From Octopus sinensis (Eukaryota), in assembly GCF_006345805.1 (NCBI RefSeq), contig NC_043000.1, positions 59,458,001 to 59,522,000 of the forward strand: a stretch of DNA of 64,000 nt. Direction: 5' to 3'. Position numbers and translations under genes: made by a program. The notes beneath the pieces are model-generated. The model worked only from the letters and a program-made list of their open reading frames with translations. It searched no databases and was not told the origin of the DNA. Below are positions 26,701 to 42,500 of this stretch, piece by piece; within the stretch, counting starts at the first letter, position 1, and the number at the start of each line of letters is the position of its first letter.

Positions 26701-28532
26701 ATTGAAAGTAAGTTCTCGGTGAGCTGTCTTCGATTCAGGTTTCAAATCTTGATTATAACTATTCTATTTACATCACTAAATGCTCTTGGAAAAAAGAATA
26801 ATTGTCAAAACTCCTTTCCATTCCCTTGAACACAATGAGGTTAATGACCTACTAGTGGGTATTATTACTGATTACAAAATATTCCAGAAAAAAAAAAACC
26901 AGTTTAGTGATTATTTCTCTTTAATGTTGCCTTCAAGTCATAAAAGAGGTAGAGAAATGTTAAGTTGGAACATTTATTCGTCACAAAGGCACTAATGATT
27001 CAGGTGTTTCTAGTTAGGAAACCAAACTGGTCAGGAGTTCGTTTTACTGAGAGTTTAGTACTTCTATATTGATGTATCTACAAGAAGTATTGATGCAGGG
27101 TGCTGGCAGCAGTAACAGTTTTTTCTATGCTCTCTGTTACTAGTTAATAACAGGAGTATAAAAGTCCATTAATACTTTAAAAGTTACTATGATGGGAAAT
27201 CAATACCTAGCAATGAAGTAGAGGCCCAATGGGATTCTTGATGGATCTACAGGGAAAAAGGACTTTAAATGCACTACATACACAGGAGGTAGCTAACAGT
27301 AGAGGTGCCCTTGAAATGAAATCCATGAATTGCTCATATAATTTGCAAGTAGTCAGTCCTGTTTGCTCCCTATTTGACCTAATTAGAGTTAGAAGTTGCT
27401 AAATATAACAGGCTGAGAAAGTGATAGGAGTTCAGGAAGTTGTTATCTTATTAGTTGGTAACAAAGGGTTTTTTCTCTCTGTGCAAGAAGTGTAAGAAGT
27501 GCATGTGACATAGTAATGAAGTATAGGTGTTGCATGTGGAGGATTTATGACAGTTGCAGAGAAACTGAGATCTATAGGAAATACAAAACGAACAGCATCA
27601 GCTAATATTTGCAAGGGAGATATGTAATATATGGTACTACAAGTATCTGATAGCTGCTGGATGATAAAAAAATGCTTTGTGATATTAGTAGAAGATAGCT
27701 GTAGCAAAGAAATAAGGGAAGAAGACATGGTTATGTGATTAAAAATTTCACTTTGCACCTATATAGTTCCAAGTTTGACTCCACTGTGCAGCACATTATG
27801 AGTAAAATATGGTAGATGGAAACTGCCTAAATTAGAAATTCTTCTTCTTATGAGTTGGCATAATCATTTGTGAGCTGGAGAAAATGCATAGTAACATTTC
27901 TTCTGGTTTTACATTCTGAGTTCAAATTCCACTCAGGTCAACTTTGTCTTTCATCTTTTCAGGATTGATAAAATGAGTACCAGTTGACAAGCTCCCTTCC
28001 CCAAAATTTGGAACTTGTGCTTATAGTAGAAAGGATTATCAACATCATCATCATCACTAGACACAATTTAACAAAGCAGAGCAACTATCCTCTTTTGCAT
28101 ACTGATCTTCAGAGTGTGCAAATATCATATATCATCATCAACAGTATCATATTAACAGCCACATTTCCATGCCTGCATGGGTTAGATGGAATTTCTTGAG
28201 GTAGATTTTCTACAGCCAGATACCCTGTCTGTCGCCAACCCTCACTTATTTCCAAACAAGGTAACATTGCTTCATGAGTGGACATATTTTAATGGATGAT
28301 TAGAAACTGCTTGCATGAAGGTGACTCTCATTAGCAGCTATCATGCTATGTAAACTACACAGACATTTTATATATATATATAAACAGTTTTCTTTCAGTT
28401 TCCACTTCACAAATTCACTCACAAAACTTGGTCATACTTGGATTATAGTAAAAGACACTAGTCCAAGGTGCCATGCAGTGGGATAGAATTTGAAACTACT
28501 TGGTTAAGAAACAAACTTCTAAACCACACACA

Positions 28533-28566
<34 letters not shown>

Positions 28567-30711
28567 GACACCACTTTATGCTATCATCACTGGAAATGCA
28601 GTGAACCAATGTTTGACTTATTGGAACTTTTAACTAAAGGATGCTACTGCTTATATATTATTATAAAATGAGATAAATTAAAACTGAATTCAAATTTTAT
28701 AGATATCTGGCCTCACAGGTGAGAAGAGGTATGATTGAGAAGATTTGCTGCAGCATCATGACTCTGGGCTTGTCCAAATTATGTGAGCATGGAAACAAAT
28801 ATTTCAATGATGATGAAAAGTCATTGATCTCTAAGATTTATGAATTTTGGCTGAATATTACTTTGTAGATATAAATCATAAATTGCATTTCAGTTTGGTC
28901 TGAGGAACATCTTAAATGTAAATGGTTTCAGTGTTATTACATTTAACTAATGTATAATGTTCTCCAGGTGTCTTAAATGCCCCATAGACCCCAAAATGCA
29001 GTGTGACCATAATGGCATGTATGTAGTTGGTCATTTTTAAGTAAGGAAAAAAAAGCATTTGTGACCAGTGTGGTCAAGAAGGTTACACTGATACTAATGA
29101 AAATAAGATTTACCAAGATAATCAGATCCTAAAGAAAACAATTTTTATGGTATTTCTAATATTTTATAGATTAAAAAAAACAAAATATTTATATATTTGG
29201 CATGCAACTAAAAATTTCTTAGATTTTTCCCATAACATATGTATTACAGTTTGAACTTTGTATAAAAATGAGTGGTTATCGCATGAACTTGACAAGTTGT
29301 GCTACTTCACTGTGACAATCAAGTATACTTGTAGCTATATTTTGATATTTTCTTATCACACGTTTCTCAGACTCCATACCAACAAACCTATTGAACTGTA
29401 TAGATAGCATGGCACCAAAGGAAGCACGTTGAAAATAAACAAACCAATTTATCTAAGTAGGTCTAAAATATAAAGTTGGTTATAAGATGATATCAGTATT
29501 TAGGGTGAAGTGATCAAAACATATATAAAGTTTTAACTTTGCCAACAAAAAATAAAGAAGGAGCATTTTTAGCAATACTTTGCATGCATTCACTTCATAT
29601 ACATATTATACCAACTGACAGTGTGAGCACATACATAAGAATGTCTAAATTTTATTTACAGGCATAGATACGCTTTTACATGTATGTGCACACTATTTTC
29701 AAGAAGTAATATTACCTATACTAGCAGTCAAATACATAAATGTAAATCATACAGACCCTTCTTTGTAAATTTTTTTTTACTTTAATGTTTTTTTTGTTTT
29801 TGTTTTTAATGAATATATATTATAGTTTGATCGTTAATGAAGGTATGTATTTAGATGGCTAGTGTTTCTGTCCTTGTAATCTTTTTCCTATTCTATATGT
29901 TGCCCCCCTCCCCCCTACACAAGGCACACCTATAGTTAAATGAACTCATAGAAAGAAGATTAGCAGACATTATTGCCAATGCTTAGCAATATTTTGCCCA
30001 TCACTATGTGACGAGTTCAAATTCTGACGAGGTCGACTTTGCCTTTCAAGGTCAACAAAATAAGTACCAGTTGAACACTGGGATTGATGTAATCAACTCA
30101 CCCCCTTCCCCAAAATTGCTGCAAACCATTATTACCAGAAGTATGATACATATGAATTCAACAACATTAATGAAACCTTTAATGATATTTTAGCTCTAAA
30201 ATTCTGATTGAGTTAATCAACTAAAAAACTATTGACAATTCATTGAAACAGTGAATACATCTACTTCAGGTAGACATCCTAGAGTAATCTATTAAGTTAT
30301 CCTTCACTTAGATTGTTAACTGTTGAGAAATATGCATACATCTCACAGATATTACCCTTTTCCTTAATTTTATATTTCATGCCTATTTCCAGAAAAGAAA
30401 TACACACTAATATATTAATATTCTGAGATATAACAGTGTCATAGCACACTTGATCTGGAATATGGTTAAGCTTTTATAAGGGAAGACATTACATAAGAAA
30501 TAAAATCTCTAAATTCTTAACTGAACCAAAACTAAAAAGAAAAATCCAAGAGCAGGCACGGCTGTGTGGTAAGAAGTTTGCTTTCCAACCACATGGTTCC
30601 AGGTTCAGTTCCAGTGTGTGGTACCTTGGACAAGTGTCTTCTACTATAGCTTTAGGCTGACCAAAACCTTGTGAGTGGATTTGGTAGATGGAAACTGAAA
30701 GAAGCCTGTCA

Positions 30712-30744
<33 letters not shown>

Positions 30745-33700
30745 TTGTGTGTTTATCCCTCTACCATCGCTTGACAAATGATCTTGGTATGTTTACCTCC
30801 CTGTAACTTAGCGGTTCAGCAAAAGACACCAATAGAATAAGTACCAGGCTTACAAAGAATAAGTCTAGAGGTTGATTTCTTCGACTAAAAGCCAGTGCTC
30901 CAGTATGGCCACAATCAAAATGACTGAAACAAGTAAAAGAATAATGCCCAGTAAATTTACACCTAAATTACAAGATTTACTTTCTGAATTTTCTCCCCCC
31001 CCCTATGCTTTTGCAGATGGTTTTTATTGTGATTGTTTCTATATCTGGATGCCACTGAATTGTAGAGCAGTTTGAAATAAATAAGAACAATTTATAATGT
31101 AACTTGTGAGAGAAGAGCACAACACACTGACTGTAGTAGTCAGATTTGAACTGATGACCATGTGGTGTTGGCGACCTACCCATTGTGCCTTATGAAGTAG
31201 ATAAATTCTATTTTAAATAGTTTTACAAATTATATTTAATGACTTGAGGATATTCAACAAAATCATTATTAAAGATATCCTAACAGCAACAAAAAAGAAA
31301 AGCGAAGAGAACATAACAAAATTAATTAACTATCCAAGCTACACAAAAGATTAAATATAACAAAAATTCTGCAGAAACAAGCCACCCAAATATCAGTACA
31401 CTGAATGATCTGATCTCTTTAGTAATGGTGGCAGTACTGAGGCAAACTGAGTTTTCTCTCAATAAAGTCAAAACCTCAATCAAATCTCATTTCAAAAAAG
31501 GACAGAAAATTTACTACATAAAATGGAATGGTGGGGAGACATCTATTCTAGCTAAGAGAAATGGAAAAGGAAGGATCCAACATGAATAGGTGAAAAAACC
31601 TCAAATGACAAAAAATTTAATATCAATAAAAAAAGACACTCTGGAAGCAACAGTATAGCTTAAACAATAAAAACATGAAGGGTAAGATGATTTGAAAAAC
31701 ATAAATGCTTCTTCCAAAAAGGAAAAAAAAACCAGTTATGTGAATCAAATACAAAAAAATTCTAAAAGAGACATTAAATAAAATAATACATCAATGGGGG
31801 ATATACACCAATGGGAATTCAAGCATACTAAAAGGAAATAAGGGAAAAAAAATGTCACACAACAACAAAAAAAAAACTGAATCAGAAGGGAAGAATAAAA
31901 AATATATAAGATTGCAAACAGGGCCAATGGACTCACAAACACATTAAGAATTCCAAAATTACAAGTAGTACTGAAAAGCCCCTGGGATTTACAAGGTTCT
32001 CAATTTCTGGCTGAAGCACTTAACTAGTATTATGGATATATGGTGGCAGCATTCAATGAACTTGTAAACACACCAGAATCAATGCATGATTGGATGCTGA
32101 GGGGGGGGGACATTAATTCCAACAAATTACCTGGGACTCCAGGTCAATAAGTTATTTTCCAAAACTGCAAGCCAATAACTTGCTTACCGACAACATACAA
32201 AACCCTTCCACAGTAACATATTGCCAAAGGAACAAAAAGGACACTGGAAAGGGCAGCACAGTTGTAAAAAGCAGCTACTGCTGAACTGAGATATAAGAAG
32301 ATAATAAAAATAAAAGATAAAATGGCCTAGATTAACACACCCTTGGATATTGGACATGTTTTACATAAAGCAGTCCCAATACTAACAACAACAAAAATCA
32401 ACCATGCCATGTCAGAATGAAAATACACACACAAAGTGGCAAAGATAAAATAGTCAAAACCAGCACTGTACTCATGAGTAGAGGAATGCTCCATAGAGAC
32501 TCATTATCTTCTTTACCTAGCACTGGCTCCCTTAAATTTTTTTAATGAAATCACTTTTGATGATACAGGCAAACAATAAACTATCTCTGTTGAATGTAGG
32601 ACTTGAAAATATTTAAAAATACAATACCTAGTTCAAAACCCTACTAGAAATTGATAATAAATTTAGCCAAACCATAAAAGTGATTAAAGGATTAGACAAA
32701 TAAGCCAAACTACTATAAGAAAAGGAACTAAAACTTAGAATATTACATTAGCTGTGGACAATAAAACCAGAGTATTAAACCTGAATGACTTGGAGTAGAT
32801 GAAACTGACAAAATACAATGCAGAAATGAAAAAAGAAATTAAAAAAGAGCACTACAAAAGAGTAGATGAGTATTAAAATATGGACTCAATACTAGAAATA
32901 AGATACTAGACATAAATATACCAAAAATTATTCATATCCAAGGCTCACAGAGCTATGTCCTGTAATGCAAGTAATGCAGTGAAAGTGGGCAATAAAAATG
33001 ACTTAATATTTTCAATTTATGGGTAAAACCAACAATTTTGAAGGGAGGGAGTTGGCCAGCCACAATGAGTTCAGTATCTGATTGGTACTTTATCAACCTC
33101 AGAGAGAAACACAGAACATAAACAGCTGTAACAAACACAGTAGGGCATTTTTTCTGACATCCTAATTCTTCTTCCAATACTACCCTTATATGTGCGTACA
33201 CACATGTGTGTGTGAGAGAGAGAGAGAGATATTATATTCAGAGATATCCATACCATATAATCTTATATCAATTGTATCCTATGTCTGTAGAAAATCAGAG
33301 ATTTAACTGTTACAGACAACTCTGGTATACCTGGTGTTTCTTTTTCACATAGAAAAATGTTTCATGACTAATTAGGCAAGAGTTTCAAGTATTTAATTGA
33401 GGTGAATATAAAGTTTGGATACATATGTGAGAATTGCATATTTTCAATAATTTTACTCAACTACATTAATGAATGACATTTTCGACATGGCTTTTACCAA
33501 TAATGATGCAAAGATTGATGTGCCTTGCGAGATTCACATGAACCCAATGCAGTAACTCCACATCTCCATCAGTCTGAGTACATTCATTCATCCAGACTTT
33601 ATAGTCACCCTGTATATCAAAAAGTAACAATAATCAGCTTTGAGGACTGATAGCTCCTACACATTTCAAATTTTACTGCAAACATGTCATTGCTAATAGA

Positions 33701-34714
33701 GGTAGGGAAGGCACAGAGACCTCTGAGTAATTAAAATATGTTTAATTTCTTTGTTTTTCAAAAGTGATCGATAAAATATTGAGTAATGCCAACAAAGAAA
33801 AGATTCTCTTAAGTTCATGATATGGGCAAATAGTCTACTTCTGTTTGCAAGAGTGAGTAAAAAGCACAAAAATAAAAACTTGGTTACATGTAGACTGGAG
33901 TATTTTATAACCAAAAACCTGATCAGAAATACTTTGAGTATGCACCTATGAACCAGATGATTTTATGTGTATACCATGTTTTTCTTCAGAAGTAACCACA
34001 AGCCCAGATTATTACTAGCTGAGAAGGTAAACATAACTGATAACATAGCAATTTGTGTTATGTTCCAACAGAAAGCATACAAAGCATAAGATTATACAGT
34101 TAGATCTAAAAGTAATAAACATGATTATACATGTATAAGCTATAAAAAAAGGTAAAGAAAGAGAGAGAGAAAGAAAGAATGCCCATATTAGGGTTTACAA
34201 AATGAACCCCACTTAAATATGATCATATTTTTACAAAAATGCAACTAGCTATGATATTAATATTAGTGCTGCAAAATACAAGATAGACTAGATAGTGCCT
34301 TAGTATATTCAGAGTATTAAGTTTTTAAAGATTAACAGTAGGGTGATTTTGTAACCTATGTGTAAAATAATACACACACACGGCCTAGTGGTTAGGTGTG
34401 TTGCACTCAATTGTGAGACCATGGTTTTGATTCCAGAACAGTTGTACATTGTGTTCTTGAGCAAAACTCTTCATTTCATGTTGCTCCAGTCCACTCAGCT
34501 GTAAATGAGTAACCCTGCAATGGGTCAGTTTTCCTATCAGGGGAAATGTTGATCTGCTTGTCTAGCCAGCAGGGAAACATCATTTGAATACTAAAACGAT
34601 GCAAAGTGCACTGTGACCAGCAATATATAACAACATCTGATAGTCTGGTTGATCACATGACCATGAAATAGATATATGTATGTGAATGTTTATATATGTA
34701 TGTGCATGTTTACA

Positions 34715-34756
<42 letters not shown>

Positions 34757-34834
34757 TCATCATTTAACATCTGTTTTCCATGCTGGCATGGGTTGGATGG
34801 TTCGACTGGGGTCTGGGAAGCCAGGAGGCTGATA

Positions 34835-34876
<42 letters not shown>

Positions 34877-35041
34877 AAAAAAAACAGGCATGGCTGTGTG
34901 ATAAGAAGCTTGCTTCCCAACCACATGGTTTTGGGTTCAGTCCCACTGCGTGGCACCTTGGGCAAGAGTCTTCTACTATAGCCTTGGGCCAACCATAACC
35001 TTGTGAGTGGATTTGGTAGATGTAAATTGAAAGAAGCCTAT

Positions 35042-35081
<40 letters not shown>

Positions 35082-36484
35082 ACCACCGCTTGACAACCAG
35101 TGTTGGTGTGTTTACATTTCCATAACTTAGAGCTTTAGCAAAAGGGACCAATAAGCTTAAAAATAAATACTGGGGGTGATTCATTCGGCTAAAAATTGAA
35201 GACGGTGACCTAGCATGGCTGCAGTCTAATGACTGAAACAAGTAAAAGGTAAAAGATACATACACACTAAAGCTCCAACACTAATCCCTCCCCTTCTATA
35301 CTCTCTCCCACAAATGTCAGCTCTGTTTACTCTCTCCACTGCCACCCTACTACAATTATACACCTTGCCAGAGATCCTCACACTCTTTCTCCTCCATTCA
35401 CCTTCAGTTATAGGTGCTATTTTAGTCTCTTAACCTTGCAAGTTGCAAAGCATCCTCACTTGTGTTGGTAGCATGAAAAAAAATGTATCCAGTACACAGT
35501 GTAAAATAGTTATAGCAACCATACTAGAACTGACACTGAAGCATGATGTACTTCTCCAACTTGATGAATACTGCTAAACAATCCAACCATGAATGGAAGA
35601 CATATTTAAATGATAATTATCAGGACTTGCATGCTCATATACATATGTACACACACACACACATACACACCACACACACACTTGTGTGCCTTTGTCATCA
35701 CAAATTTTGACAGCTTCATTAATTCTAGAGAATAGCACATCTTCAAATAATATTGATTTCAAATTTTGACACAAGCACTGCAATTTTGGGGGATGCGATA
35801 AGTCAATTACATCGACCCCCAATGTTGAATTGGTACTTATTTTACTGACCCTGAAAGGAAGAAAGGCAAAGTCTACTTTGGCAGAATTTGAACTCAGAAT
35901 GTAAATACAGACAAAATGCTGCTAAACATTTTGCCTAGCATGCTAACGATTCTGCCAGATTGCTGTCCTGTCCGTTCAAATAATATTGAATTAATTTCTT
36001 ACTTTTGAAAATACTGTCTTCTATAACATACATTTCTGCATGTGTCTTTTGCTTTATGTCTCTTTCCTCCTGTTAGCATGGGTTAGATAGGGAAGTATAT
36101 GAAACAGAAATTTATGATTGGATTCCCTTCTTGTCACCAACCCATACCTGTTTTATAACAGTGGCCTTTGAATATCAACATTCACACACACAAGCACACA
36201 TACAGTGAACTGTCTGTGGATAAATTCAGCAAAATAAAGTATCCAATACATTTGAGAGTTACTAATATTTCATATATAGTGTCTTATTTGCAATAAATCA
36301 GTTTAAGTTTCTTGCTTAAAGTTTGCCTCTGCTCAGCTAGGACAAGCAGTAGCCATCTTCTCAACAGTTTCGATTTAAATAAATCTGAAGACTATATGGA
36401 AGACAGCTACTGCTTGAATTAGCTGAGAAGTGCTAAATATCTTCCTCATAACATGAAGCTGAAAGTAATTTGTAGTAAATAAAA

Positions 36485-36543
<59 letters not shown>

Positions 36544-39500
36544 TACACTTTGTAATATGTGAGGCTTCCTGCAGTTTCCATCTACCAAATTCACTTATGA
36601 GGCTTTAGTTAGCTAGGAGTTATAAAACATTAACCCAAGGTGCCATGTAATGGCATTGAACCTAAAACTGCAAGGTTGTGATGTGAACTTTTTAACCACA
36701 GCTGTGCTTGTGTCTCTGCATATGTGTGCATACATACACAGAATTAAATTACGATACATAATATACAGTAAAGCTAAAATGAAAGTAAAATATCCAAGCA
36801 TCCTTTCACTAAGTTCATTTTACTTCTGTCACTCACTTTCTATTTGTTTTACTTCCGACAAACTAATTACATAATTACACAGACTGTTAATCATCTGTGA
36901 AAGTTACAAAATGTTATAAATAATACAGCACAATAATTGTTTAAAGCAATGCAGTCCTAAACTGCTGTTATATGAATGAAGATTTAAGCAAGGAAAATTG
37001 ACTCTTGCTTACATTAAAACTATTTGAATGTTATAGTCCCAGCTTTGAGTTTTGCAGCAAACTATATGTAACTATTTCTCTGAAGATGAAAATGAGATGG
37101 ATAATCTTGGTTCATTTTTTTTCTTCTTTCTTTTTCAACATCAATATGTAAAAGTACATTCCCAGCTCATTGAGTCAGGTATGCAAAGTAAAGCCTCACT
37201 CATATCTATTTTAAAACCTTAATTAAAGTGGTTCTCATGCAATTAATAAAACAAATTAACCTTTTGAAATTTAAACCATTTATAAATGTATATCAGATGT
37301 GAAATTTGATGAAAGTTACAAGCTGTACACATGGATACCAGTTAAGTAAATACAAGACTTCAATTGAAACTACAACCAATTTGTTGAAGCATGTGAAAGT
37401 TAAACTAAAATAAACAAAATATAACAGTAACAAATAAAGCAATAGTTGAAAATTCTAAAGAAACACAATGGAAACCATTTATATTTTCTTTCTGTGAGAA
37501 ACCTGTTCCTAAAATGAACTGCACTAAATTTCAAAGATAACTAAATAGTTAATTGTATTATTTAATTTGTTGATATTAGTCTTAAATAGATGTATGTGTG
37601 CATACATAAATAAAAGAAGCTGAGGAACTGGAAATAAATCTAAACTTTGGGATTAAATTCTCAGGGGAAATATCTACTGAGGAAAAAATAAAATATGCTG
37701 ATGTTTTGTATAAAATAGTAGTCAGATGTAGCATTGTAAAAGATACAGGGAACATTTCACTCACACTTCTTCCTTGCAGATTTGTAAATTCCTTACTTGT
37801 GGATTCAGTGAATACAGTGAGGATTGTTTGGCATTTGATGAAATATATTTCTGGGGTTTATGACTGGGATAGTGTCAAATGGTTATTGACAATACTTGAA
37901 CCTAATTATGTAGTCCATCTGCTTCTAGCCAGAGCTCTTTACAATGAGCAAAGGACTTCGAGTTATACAATAGTCCTAGCAGCAGTAAATTGTACTTCCC
38001 CACTAGTACACATTTTCAGTTAGATGAGATAGCCTTTATCAGAGACACAGCATGATGTTAATATCCTAACATCTTGAAAAAGAAATTAACATTTTATACA
38101 ACCAGTGACTATATTTTGGAAATATTTAACAGAAATTCACTAATTTCATAATAAACATTTATAAGTCATTAATAGAAAGCTCTTACTTATAACAATTTTT
38201 TACTTTCAGCTCTTCTATCCAACTGTCAACTTCAATACAGGAAAAACAACAATTTGTAAATACCAATAAACACCAAAGATAACTAAACATTCACTTCATG
38301 TTAAGAAATATGCAAAGCTGATGGGTGATATGATTGTGTAAAATAAATAATCTCAACAGATAATCTGTGGAATTAATCTATAGAATTAAGCTGGCCATCT
38401 AAAGCTTCTAAAAGTGTGGTGAACCATGTGCTAAGTGACAATCAGCTTATATGCTGTTTTCTCTCTCTCTCTCACCCTCATACACAGAAACAAAATTTTA
38501 TATAAAAATAATACTCCGAAGTGCCTTTTTTATAGCAAATGTCTACAAACTCAAAAGATTTTTCAGATAAAACTTTGATCAAATAAGTTGAATGAAAGAA
38601 AATATGGAGTTTTAACAGGTTCTGTAATTTAGTATCTTAGAAAAACACAGGATTAGAAATATAAGTTGGTTTGCAAACAACAGTACAATTAGAAAGAAAC
38701 AAAAATGGTAAACTTAGAAAACATACCAAAATCAAAAATAGTCCTTATGTGGATAAAAATAGTCCTAATGTAGATAAAAATGTAGATAAGAATTAAATAT
38801 TAATCAATAGACTGGAAATCTTCTCAGCTTCATTTGTAATATGAACCAACCAAGGATCTTGCAAAATCCACCTTAGAAGTACAATCAAAATGTATGTGCT
38901 TCAGAAACTGAATTACTCCAGCAAAATATTGGATGGCCAAATGTATTATACCTGCTAGTTGTTGACACCACGAAAATAAACAGCAAAGTGAAATAAAGGT
39001 GTGTAGCTGAACTGGTATGTAAAAATCCGAGTGCTTTATAATAAAAAAACGTGTTAAGTAGGAATCAATATATCCAAGCTGGGAGATTATTGTTTCAATG
39101 AAGGTAGATTCTATAAATCAATATACAAACTAATGAAATGTATAGGAGCTAGGCAACAAGTATAAACAAGTACTAATCATATGGAATGAAGAGGAAGCAG
39201 AACAAACAAAAGCAGGCTGCATAAAATAATGAGCAGTGTGATGATGATGACGATAAAATAATAATGACAACTGTAACAGATGAATATCCATATCCATTTT
39301 CAGTATTTTGACAAAAATACCAGTAAGTCAATGGATGGCATCTAACCAGCCTTTTACCCAATTAGGGAGATTTCCATATGACAATTTCACTGTTAACTTT
39401 TAATTTTGACTTTCATGTTAAATAATATCTATTATTTGCCATAAAATAAATATTCCAATGTGCTAAAGATAGCACTTCAGGAATGGGGTAGCATAAAAAC

Positions 39501-42500
39501 ATATAACACTACTCAAACATGATTGATTGCTTTTCAAATTATATCATCATTGATTTAACACCCAGCTTTCTATACTTTCATGGGCCAGGTATAAATCTTC
39601 AATATAGGCTAAATATTTAATATCCAGATAGTGTTTTTCAACTATGCCTTTTGAACACTGAGCCATCAACTGATTGTACAGTTACAACTATATTTCAGTT
39701 ATATGTAGCTGTGCAAATACTATCTATGCTTATGCAGACCAAACTTTAAAAGTTCTAGTACTTTAAGGGGCAAATGAACCCAGGAAAAAATAAGGCATGA
39801 TGAAATGTATCCAGTCCACACTGTAAAGTGGTTGTGGTTGGCAACTGGAACGATATTCAGTCATATAAACCATTCAAGATGCATTGCAAGCAATCTGCTT
39901 AGGAGAGCATTAACTCTGGATAAGAACTAATAAATGGCTGAAGGTAGCCTTAAGTCTTGCCACAAGATAACCTCTCTAGTTCAAGTGACACAATGAAATC
40001 CAGCCAGCTAAATTTGCAACTTGGTGAGAGGAAAGGTATCCAGTTTCCCCACTCCAATCTCCAAAATAAAACGAGTCAATAAATTGACTCATCCGTACCA
40101 GGTAAAGAAGGACTACATCAATTGGTCAGATTTTCTTGTGACCTAATCAAGTTTAGACATTAAACAAGTTAAACTTTAAAAGATAAAAGTAAGGAAAAAT
40201 TAATGAAGAACAGATGAAACTGAACACTCAGTATTGTAATATGAGTTTTCTCTCTGCTGAAGTTTTGAATGTGCCAACAGCTACTGAAAAATTCTCAATC
40301 AAAACATTTGTTAGATATAAAGTGAGAAACTAATATTGAGAAATCAAGTTATAAGACTAACATACTCAGAAATATTAAATTCCAAATAGTCAAGTTCCTA
40401 ATTACCTTCAAAGACTAAATTTAAAAAAAAAAACTCTATAGATGGCTAACAAGACAACATGGTGTATAATGGAAACTATGAAAATTTGCAATAAATTTTT
40501 AAAAATTTCATTCGAAGATATTTTTCTTTTGCAAAAAATTTCAGAATATGACATTTAAGCTATAAGTCAAATTTAGACACAGAAAAATAATGAAATATTG
40601 CCTAATAAGAAAGTAGAATGAAAGCATGTAAAATTGAATGAGAATCTGGCAGTAATTCTCTCCAGTTACTAACTAGAAGTAGAATAAGGAAAAAAAAAAA
40701 AAAAAAAAACTAGGTATAGAAAGACGAGCCTGACTTTTTAGTTAAGGTCTGATAGAAACCAAATTAGAACATTAAACAAATGAGGCTTTTTGACCTTTAA
40801 AAAGGAAACCAATTTTAAATGGCTTAAGTAAAAGAAGATGAAAAAGAATTAGGTGGGGATTTTCCAGAAAAAGGAAATATAATAGAAGTTCTGTTTTATC
40901 CTGCTACAAATATTCACCAGTACCTGGTATATTTTTCAAACTGACATATTAGTTGTATTAACTTTAAACATGACCGCACTGAATGAAAGCAGATGTTCAC
41001 TCTAGATGTTTATGAATAACTGGATCAAGAAGAATGTCACTTTGTGTTAGCAGAGGTAGGAAGGGTGTTCTCTAATGGCTAATTAACTAGATAAGGGGGT
41101 GGTGAGTCATAACAATCACAAAGCCGAGTCTCACTACTGTCATCCAATTAAATGCCATAATTGATCTGCATATCATCTGCACAGGAAACACCATATTTTC
41201 CTATAACTGAGGCCTGGACTGATGAGTGTCAGGACATATCCAAACACAAATAGGTCATCACACCTAAACTTCCGTCCTAATTTCTTCTAGGTTTTCTCAC
41301 ACTTTAAAACTGCAGTTTGCAAAGCACCAGAAAGTTTGTGTGGGAGTCTTGGTTAGAGGAATATTGTGTAACATTCTTATGGTGTTACATATTCAGCTTA
41401 CTTTGCATTTCATCTGACAATGAGATATGCAAAAACCTACATGCAACAATTTCTAACCCACTATTAAAACATTAACTAAATAACCCCCATAACAAACGCA
41501 TGAAAAAAAAGGTGGGGAAAAAATGTGGTATGAATGGGATAAATAGTTACATGAAAATGTCAAATTTTCCAACAGCAGAGTTGAGTGAAAAAGGCAGCAT
41601 GGTGATAACAGATTTGAAAGTGTGACATTGAATGAGGGAGAATAAAATAAATATATTTAACAAATATAGCAACTGGGCATATTTTCTAAAATCTAAAATT
41701 TAATCCAAAATCAAGAAAAAAAAACAACAAAAACTATGCAACATGCGATAAATGTAACTAATCATTGAAGTATGTACAAATGGAATGTATTTTGAGTTTT
41801 AGAATTTAGAGAGAGGGAAGAGGTCAATAAAGAAATGTTGATTTGTGCAGAGATAAGCAAGCTGGCTGTATCAGAAGTGGAAAAAATTCATAGTGATGGA
41901 CATGTCACTATGAAGTTATAAAGCTGGTGTTGGTGAAAACAGAATGGACTGAAAAAAGTAAAGAGAAAATTAAAGGTTGTATAAGTAAAAAGTGGGGAAA
42001 ATCTATATAAATATACTGATGAAATTTTGGATGATATTAACAAGTAATCAAATCCAATAAACCCTTAGTAGTATAACTAAACTAAATGTGATTTATTAGG
42101 AGGGCTCAACTTAACACTTATCAGCTGTAACTAGTTAAGGACCCCTACAACATTTTGAAATAGAGGAGTGGTTGGCATTAGGAAGGGCATCCAGCTGTAG
42201 AAACACTGCCAGATCACACTGGAGCCTGGTGCAGCCCCTGGCTTCCCAGACCCCGGTCGAACCGTCCAACCCGTGCTAGCGCAGAAGACGGACGTTAAAC
42301 GATGATGATGAACCAAGATACAATTTGGTTAGTAAATTACAAAATTAATTAATTAAAACATGACTGTCAATGTAAAGAATAATACTTAAGAGAAAGAGAG
42401 AAAGCTGGGTGAAAACAGCTACAGTTTTGTAATTCCAAATACTGAGAAAAGCTTTTGCTAACATAAAATTGTCTTGGTTAGGAAAAGATTTTCAGTTTTT

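Noticed and set aside
41211-41260. CTGATGAG followed by a small hairpin, hammerhead-like
   Set aside because: There is no GAAA box after the stem and no closing stem I.
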